Positions 58,998 through 64,000 of a stretch of DNA of 64,000 nt are shown one piece after another (position 1 is the stretch's first letter; each line of letters begins with the position of its first letter). The notes beneath the pieces are model-generated. The model did not search any database. It was given only the letters and a program-made list of their open reading frames with translations, and had not been told where the DNA came from. The translations under genes were made by a program, and so were the position numbers. Location of the stretch: the NCBI GenBank assembly GCA_964483455.1, contig CAZACK010000014.1:815-64814 (forward strand). The letters run 5' to 3'. The stretch comes from an uncultured Solibacteraceae bacterium. Lineage in GTDB: Bacteria > Acidobacteriota > Terriglobia > Bryobacterales > Bryobacteraceae.

Positions 58998-59916
58998 ACT
59001 TCCGTTCGCTGTTCTGGGCGTCCTGTCGGGTCGGCTGGGCGCCGAAGCCGGCCGTGCCCAGCTCGTGCTCGGAGGCGATGTCATGTTGTCCCGGCACGTC
59101 GGGCGGCTGGCGCGCCAGAAGAAGGATCCGGCTTGGCCGTTCCGCGACCTGGCGGGCTTCCTCGTGACGGCCGACATCGCGTTCGTCAACCTGGAGTCGC
59201 CGTTCAGCGATCGCGGGCGGCGCGTCGAGAAGGGAATGGTGTTCAAGGCCGAACCGGAGATGATCGAAGGGCTGAAACTGGCCGGAATCGACGTCGTTTC
59301 GACGGCGAACAACCACGCCCTCGACGCCGGCGCCTACGGACTGGAGTACACGCTGCGATGGCTGGACGAGAACGGAATCCAGGCGGCCGGCACGGCGCTC
59401 GAAGAGAAGACCGCGCGAGATGGCGCTGTGCTCGAGCGCAACGGGCTCCGCTTCGGGTTCTTGGCTTACACCTACGACCAGTCCAATGGCAATCATCCGA
59501 AGCCGGACTCTCGGGTGTCGATGCTGGACGCGGCCGCGATGCGCGAGGACGTCGAGCGGATGCGGGCCCGCGCCGACGTGGTCGTCGTGTCGATGCATGC
59601 GGGCGACGAGTACCGGCCGAAGCCGAACGCCAGGCAGGTCGAGTTCGCCCGCGCCGCTATCGATGCCGGCGCCGCGGTGGTGGCCGGCCACCATCCGCAC
59701 GTGGTTCAGCCGGCCGAGCGGTACCGGGGAGGCGTCGTCTTCTATTCGCTCGGCAACCTCGTGTTCGATCAGTTCCACCGGAAGGACACGCAGAAGGGAA
59801 TGCTGGCCAGCGTTTCGTTCCGCGGCGCAACGATCGAGCGCGTCGAGCTTTGGCCCGTGGACATCGTGCGGGCCGTCCCGCGACTGGTGAGCATGGAGCC
59901 CGAGGCTGTGCTGTGA
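58981..59916 (+). CDS. CapA family (PGA_cap metallophosphatase-like) protein
   Basis: Start taken at MISRRRLPFAVLGVL (signal-like), overlapping the pgl end. GGDVMLSR, NLESP, STANNHALD, SMHAGDEY, GHHPHVVQP, YSLGN motifs. Confidence 0.75.
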   Translation: MISRRRLPFAVLGVLSGRLGAEAGRAQLVLGGDVMLSRHVGRLARQKKDPAWPFRDLAGFLVTADIAFVNLESPFSDRGRRVEKGMVFKAEPEMIEGLKLAGIDVVSTANNHALDAGAYGLEYTLRWLDENGIQAAGTALEEKTARDGAVLERNGLRFGFLAYTYDQSNGNHPKPDSRVSMLDAAAMREDVERMRARADVVVVSMHAGDEYRPKPNARQVEFARAAIDAGAAVVAGHHPHVVQPAERYRGGVVFYSLGNLVFDQFHRKDTQKGMLASVSFRGATIERVELWPVDIVRAVPRLVSMEPEAVL

Positions 59917-60121
59917 ATCGGCAGGGCCAGAGGGTGTGGCGCATGCGCGTTCGCCTGCGCTGGAAGCAGTCCAGGGGCTGCCCGGCCGATGTTGGGAGAA
60001 TTCGATTCCTCCCCTTATGTGACAAAGTCGCAGACAATTGGAGTGTTTGCCGTATCCGGAGGTGGATTCGCTTCAGTGTCAAGGAGGCGAGGAAATGCTT
60101 CCTCTCAAACCAATCACTGTT

Positions 60122-60263
60122 GCAGCGGCGGCGGTATTGCTGTTCGGAGCGGAAATCAGGATTGGTGCCGCAACCCTAAGACCGGGTATCTCAGCCATTA
60201 CCACGGCATCGGGAAGTCAATGAGTTTCTCGCGCGGCACATACTGAAGAAGCTCACGTCCTGA
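60122..60263 (+). pseudogene. hicA: HicA-family toxin remnant (no start codon, internal frameshift)
   Basis: Frame 1: GIAVRSGNQDWCRNPKTGYLS. Then a shift near 60193 to frame 3: PLPRHREVNEFLARHILKKLTS* (stop 60261-60263). Both parts match the HicA subfamily pattern G..l.R.GG.HDW..NP.TG....VPRHREIN.FLAR.I.. as I recall it. Confidence 0.5.
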
Positions 60264-60292
60264 CGCTTGCGGATCAGGTCGGCCCTCTTCAT
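60191..60292 (-). pseudogene. hicA: truncated HicA toxin: only the first 9 codons (MKRADLIRK) are HicA-like
   Basis: The ATG overlaps the stop of the 63-aa antitoxin gene (ATGA). After codon 9 the reading runs antisense through the plus-strand hicA remnant and gives unrelated sequence, with a stop after 33 codons. Confidence 0.45.
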
Positions 60293-60480
60293 CCCACAGT
60301 CATCTCGGCGACCCTTCGAATACCGGGAATCTCCCCGCTTGTGAGGTCCTTATAGAGGTCAAGGAGATTCTCCCTGAGCTCTTCCAGCGATTCCCCCTGT
60401 GTCAGATAATCCCGGAACTCCTCAAAGTAGCCGAGCCACATGCCTTGGTCCCGCCAGTGGACGTAGCGAGCGGCGCTCAT
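60289..60480 (-). CDS. small HicB-like (UPF0150-type) antitoxin
   Basis: 63 aa: ..WRDQGMWLGYFEEFRDYLTQGESLEELRENLLDLYKDL..., carrying the hallmark TQGE(T/S)LEE motif of HicB N-terminal domains. Confidence 0.65.
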   Translation of the reverse strand: MSAARYVHWRDQGMWLGYFEEFRDYLTQGESLEELRENLLDLYKDLTSGEIPGIRRVAEMTVG

Positions 60481-60486
60481 GATCCG

Positions 60487-60492
60487 ATTGTA
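60487..60492 (-). promoter_or_regulatory. TACAAT -10 hexamer 6 nt upstream of ATG 60480 (candidate leaderless promoter)
   Basis: Minus strand reads CTGTACAATCGGATCATG. There is no room for an SD. Confidence 0.35.
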
Positions 60493-60511
60493 CAGTTTCC
60501 GGCAGGAAGAA

Positions 60512-60526
60512 CCCCACGGCGTGGGG
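60512..60526 (-). terminator. hairpin CCCCAC-GCC-GTGGGG followed by TTCTTCCT (intrinsic terminator candidate for the amidohydrolase gene)
   Basis: Begins 3 nt after the stop at 60530 on the minus strand. 6-bp GC stem, 3-nt loop and a pyrimidine/T-rich trail. Confidence 0.4.
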
Positions 60527-60529
60527 AAG

Positions 60530-62164
60530 TTACCGTTCGAACACCCAGCGGCCGCCGGTCATTGTTCTCTCGATTGGCACGGTGATCAGCTCGGTTGGCG
60601 GCGTGCGGAGCGGGTCGCGGCCCAACACAACCAGGTCGGCGAGCTTGCCTGGCTCGATCGAGCCTTTGAGGTTCTCCTCAAAGGACGCGTAAGCCCCGTG
60701 GAGGGTGCCGACGCGCAGGGCCTCCTCGACCGTAATCCGCTGGCGCGGCCCCCATACGTTGCCGCGAGTGTCCGTGCGGGTGACGCTCGACTGGAGCGCC
60801 ATCATCGGCTCGAACGGACCGGGGGGATAGTCGGAGGCCTGGGTCACGCGGATGCCGGCGTCGAGAAAGCTGCGCACGGCGAACATCCGGTCGAGGCGCT
60901 CCTCGCCGTATTCGCGCATCTTCTCGCCGTGGTAGTAGACATAGGTGGAAAACGGCGTGGGGATGGCGCCGAGCGCGCGAATGCGCTCGATCAGCGAGGG
61001 GTTGACGATGGTGCAGTGCTCGAGGCGGAACCGCGGATCGGGCTGCGGCTTCTCGCGATGCAGCCGTTCGTAGACGCGCAAGGTGATGTCAATGGCGACG
61101 TCGCCGTTGGCGTGCGTGCCGATCTGCCAGCCGGCCTCGTGCGCGCGGCGGGCCTGCTCGTAGAGGTCCTTCTCTTCGGTGACGAGGATCCCGTAGTCAT
61201 TCGGCCGCCCGAGGTAGGGTTTCGACAGGCGCGCGGTGCGCTCGGAGATCGAGCCGTCGCAAACGAGCTTGACGGCGCCGACGCGGACCCACTCGTCGCC
61301 GAGGCCGGTGCGCACGCCGGCGGCGATCATCCGGTCGAGGAACGAATACTGGATCAGGCAGTACACACGGAACAGCAGGTCGCCCGAGTCGCGGGCGTCC
61401 TGGTAGGAGCGAAGGTCGTCGGGGTCCGCCTCGGCGTCGTGGACCGAGGTGATCCCGCTGCGGACCATCATGCTCGAGATCAGCTTGACGGCCTGGCGTC
61501 GCTCGTCGCGCGTGAAGGTGAACGGGATCAACTTCGCGACCCGTTCCTTGGCGGTTTCGCGAAGGCCGCCGGTCAGACGGCCGGCGTCGCGGTCGAACTG
61601 CCCTCCGGGCGGATCCGGCGTGTCTTCGCGGATGCCGGCACGTTCGAGAGCTTGCGAGTTGACGTAGGCCGTGTGGCCGCCCCGGTGCTCGACAAACACG
61701 GGGTGGCGCGAGGTCGCTGCGTCGAGGTCCTCGCGGCGCAGGCGCCGGCCGTCGCCGGTCTTGGTGTCGTCGTACTTGAAGCCGACGACCCACTCGCCGG
61801 GTGCTGTCTTCGCCGCCCGGTCGCGGAGCGCGGCCTGAATGGCGGCGATCGAGCGCAGGTCGCAATCCACCCAGCGGAGGTGCCGCAGTCCGGCGTAGGC
61901 GGGGTGCGTGTGCGCGTCGATGAACCCGGGCACGACCGTCTTTCCTTCGAGGTTGATCTCCTTCGTGCGACCGGTGGCCAGCGCGCGAACCTCGTCGTTG
62001 GATCCCACCGCGAGGAACCGTCCGCGGGCGATGGCCGCGGCCTGGACGCGCGGATGGCGGGTATCCATGGTGAGGATGTTGGCGTTGTGAAGAATCAGTT
62101 CTGGTTCGGCGCGCCGCAAGTCAAATAGCGGCAGGCCGGCGAGCAGTTCGCGGCGGCTGAGCAT
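60530..62164 (-). CDS. amidohydrolase family protein (Amidohydro_3 / YtcJ-like metal-dependent hydrolase)
   Basis: 544 aa. RRELLAG signal-like N-terminus, PGFIDAHTHP metal-binding motif, HANGD, and a C-terminal ..GSIE.GK.ADLVVL. Confidence 0.85.
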   Translation of the reverse strand: MLSRRELLAGLPLFDLRRAEPELILHNANILTMDTRHPRVQAAAIARGRFLAVGSNDEVRALATGRTKEINLEGKTVVPGFIDAHTHPAYAGLRHLRWVDCDLRSIAAIQAALRDRAAKTAPGEWVVGFKYDDTKTGDGRRLRREDLDAATSRHPVFVEHRGGHTAYVNSQALERAGIREDTPDPPGGQFDRDAGRLTGGLRETAKERVAKLIPFTFTRDERRQAVKLISSMMVRSGITSVHDAEADPDDLRSYQDARDSGDLLFRVYCLIQYSFLDRMIAAGVRTGLGDEWVRVGAVKLVCDGSISERTARLSKPYLGRPNDYGILVTEEKDLYEQARRAHEAGWQIGTHANGDVAIDITLRVYERLHREKPQPDPRFRLEHCTIVNPSLIERIRALGAIPTPFSTYVYYHGEKMREYGEERLDRMFAVRSFLDAGIRVTQASDYPPGPFEPMMALQSSVTRTDTRGNVWGPRQRITVEEALRVGTLHGAYASFEENLKGSIEPGKLADLVVLGRDPLRTPPTELITVPIERTMTGGRWVFER

Positions 62165-62243
62165 CGTGTTTCAGGATAGGCGCTTTCATGCTGCACGACA
62201 ATGGGGTCGCGATCTACACCCAAGAAAAATAGGATGCGTGGGG

Positions 62244-62639
62244 ATGCCCAGCAGTACCCCAATCTACGGACGAGCAGCGGTCCTGGCAGCGGAGATCGTT
62301 GCGTCAAGGGGCTTCTCGCCAAGGGATGCTTGGGATTTCGCAATTGCCAAGCTGACGGACAGCCCTTCGAGCCAAAACGAAGGTTGCCCGCGTAGTGCCT
62401 ATCTCGGATTGCGTGAGGCAGGCTTGGTGGTGGGGATCGGACCGGGAGAGTACGCCTCCCGTCAAAATAGCGTCAACGCACGCTATGCGCGAGACGCCCA
62501 TCAGTTACTGCGTTCCGATCCAGCACTGGGACTAGACAAGAAGAAGCTATGGAACCTCGTGCCGGCGCCCAAGGCCGGAAGCGATCAGGGCGAAATGGAT
62601 GTAGTGATCGCACTGTGGAACAGACGCTTCCTGCGGTAA
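62244..62639 (+). CDS. hypothetical protein
   Basis: Start taken at MPSSTPIYGRAAVLAAEIV within ORF 62166-62639. Plausible protein composition. No family recognised. Confidence 0.5.
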   Translation: MPSSTPIYGRAAVLAAEIVASRGFSPRDAWDFAIAKLTDSPSSQNEGCPRSAYLGLREAGLVVGIGPGEYASRQNSVNARYARDAHQLLRSDPALGLDKKKLWNLVPAPKAGSDQGEMDVVIALWNRRFLR

Positions 62640-62751
62640 TTCGCGCTGCGGTCACTGTGGACAATCGGATTCCAGGGAGAATCTACGCACTCGATCCCTC
62701 TTCGGAGGCTTCTCGACGATCGTGAGGCAGGCGGCCGGGCCGAATGGCCAG

Positions 62752-62757
62752 TACAAT
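62752..62757 (+). promoter_or_regulatory. TACAAT -10 hexamer 8 nt upstream of ATG 62766 (candidate leaderless promoter)
   Basis: Sequence ccagTACAATggagcaggATG. Confidence 0.3.
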
Positions 62758-62765
62758 GGAGCAGG

Positions 62766-62999
62766 ATGCACTTCGAGGTCGTCGGCGAGGTCACCGAGGT
62801 CGAAGTGATCGCCAAGGGTCGAGGCATCCGAAGACTCACGTTCTTGCGCAAGCGTTACGGTGGCCGGCGTTGGCGCAAACTGAAGGGTGTAGCGGTGATC
62901 CGCGTATCCGGCAGCTCGCTTCGACGTGCCGAGGTGCACTGGTACGAAGCCCACGGCGTCGGTCGAAGGGGGTTCAAGATCAAGCGGTTTCTTGACTGA
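62766..62999 (+). CDS. small basic hypothetical protein (..RWRKLKG....HWYEAHGVG..KIKR motif)
   Basis: 77-aa ORF, 4 nt upstream of the next gene. I recognise the motif from uncharacterised small proteins but cannot name a family. Confidence 0.6.
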   Translation: MHFEVVGEVTEVEVIAKGRGIRRLTFLRKRYGGRRWRKLKGVAVIRVSGSSLRRAEVHWYEAHGVGRRGFKIKRFLD

Positions 63000-63003
63000 A
63001 GAA

Positions 63004-63432
63004 ATGAAGAAGGAAAAGCAGCGATTGGATTTCGTCCTGTGTATCCGCAACGACGGGTCGGACGACCTGGAGCCCAGGAAGATCTATCCGGTTCTGCCGG
63101 ACCGCACGGCCAGCCGGGAGGGTTACGTGCGAGTGGTGGATGAGTCGGGAGAGGATTATCTGTACCCGGCGGAGTACTTCGTGGCCGTGCGGCTGCCTGA
63201 CGCCATCGCCCGGGACCTTGCGTCACCGTCCAAGCGAGCGGTTGCGCCCGCCACTGTCGCCCAGAGGCCTGAGGCCGAAGCCGTGCCATCGGTGTCCGTA
63301 TCACCGTCCGCAAGAGGGACTGGGATTGTCGAGGTGAGCGCGGAGGCCCCGCGGCTAATGCCGGAGCCCTTACGAGGTCAAGTCCGGAACAAACGCCGTC
63401 TTCCTCGTTGCTCTCCCGCCGGCCGCACCTGA
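63004..63432 (+). CDS. hypothetical protein (N-terminal ..RKIYPVLPD...VRVVDESGEDYLYP..YF motif plus disordered tail)
   Basis: 142 aa from MKKEKQRLDF within ORF 62926-63432. The conserved-looking N-terminal ~70 aa are followed by an Ala/Pro/Ser-rich tail. Confidence 0.6.
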   Translation: MKKEKQRLDFVLCIRNDGSDDLEPRKIYPVLPDRTASREGYVRVVDESGEDYLYPAEYFVAVRLPDAIARDLASPSKRAVAPATVAQRPEAEAVPSVSVSPSARGTGIVEVSAEAPRLMPEPLRGQVRNKRRLPRCSPAGRT

Positions 63433-63542
63433 CTCGAGTCACCGCAGCCACAGCCGCGTATTTGCGTGGGAGACCGCCCAGGCAAATTGGCGGGCTCCCA
63501 GGTCCCCGGATCGCCTAGAATAGAAGCTTTCACCCCATCCCC

Positions 63543-64000
63543 ATGACCATCGGAGTTCCCAAAGAAACATATCCCGGCGAGCAGCGCGTCGCGCTGATCC
63601 CCCGCGCACTGGAGCTTCTTGCCAAGAGCCAGGTCGAGTTCGTCATCGAGACCGGCGCCGGCGAAGCCGCCGGATTCCCGGACGAGGAGTACGCGCAGAA
63701 AGGCGCGCGAATCGCGGCGAGCCACGCCGAAGTGTTCGAGACCTGCGAGCTGATCCTGCAAGTGCGGCTGCTGGGCGCCAATCCGGAGGCCGGGCGGGCG
63801 GACCTGGACTCGCTGAGGCCGCACCACGTGCTAGTCGGCTTTTCGGAGCCGCTGACCGCGCTCGCCGAGGCCGCCGAGCTGGCTTCGCGCGGCGTGGCCA
63901 GTTTTTCGATGGAGCTGATGCCGCGGATCACCCGCGCGCAGAGCATGGACGCGCTGTCGTCGATGGCCACCATCGCCGGCTATAAGGCAGTGCTCATGGC
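63543..64000 (+). CDS. pntA: NAD(P) transhydrogenase subunit alpha (5' part, runs off the window)
   Basis: MTIGVPKETYPGEQRVALIP.. and ..SMELMPRITRAQSMDALSSMATIAGYKAV are typical of the PntA/alanine dehydrogenase fold. Confidence 0.9.
   Translation, partial: MTIGVPKETYPGEQRVALIPRALELLAKSQVEFVIETGAGEAAGFPDEEYAQKGARIAASHAEVFETCELILQVRLLGANPEAGRADLDSLRPHHVLVGFSEPLTALAEAAELASRGVASFSMELMPRITRAQSMDALSSMATIAGYKAVLM

Overview
High-GC bacterial chromosomal segment. The gene content suggests Acidobacteriota of the Solibacter/Bryobacter type, but this is inference only: CadC-type wHTH + TolB-propeller regulators, a CRTAC1 + multihaem/TPR pair, and many Gfo/Idh/MocA oxidoreductases. I can support about 55 protein genes, two tRNA-Lys genes and several pseudogene remnants. 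I found no rRNA, CRISPR array, transposase or integrase. Core housekeeping genes: a tightly packed minus-strand string valS-nadC-birA-coaX plus four more genes, kbl, secA, metH, a DUF47-pit pair, zwf-opcA-pgl, thrB and the 5' part of pntA. Accessory content: three c-type cytochrome genes (di-haem peroxidase and two five-CxxCH proteins), an S46 peptidase, a solitary Flp pilin, and a sugar-type cluster (fucose-isomerase-like, Gfo/Idh/MocA x2, xylose-isomerase-like TIM barrel, DUF1080) that may encode 3-keto-glycoside chemistry. There are also several toxin-antitoxin-like modules, most with eroded toxins. Most notable structures not explained by ordinary gene calls: (1) a duplicated module [3' end of the S46 peptidase gene + spacer + tRNA-Lys] flanking the cytochrome c peroxidase gene, with the two tRNA copies carrying different anticodons (TTT/CTT). 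(2) An 84-bp element with perfect 24-nt inverted arms filling the crp/fnr-zwf divergent intergenic region. (3) An FNR-type box at class-II distance upstream of a multihaem cytochrome gene that lies next to a Crp/Fnr regulator gene. (4) Two tail-to-tail TA loci (vapBC x2 and hicAB-like x2) where antitoxins are intact but toxins are truncated or frameshifted. (5) Decayed fragments of the CadC/TolB regulator family. (6) A 42-nt A-rich heptamer-repeat spacer in an otherwise GC-rich operon. (7) Several -10 boxes placed 6-8 nt from start codons, suggesting leaderless mRNAs. I see no single clearly novel system; the best candidates of unknown function are the gene sets at 703-2854 and 62244-63432. 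All functional calls rest on motif recognition by eye, with no database search.
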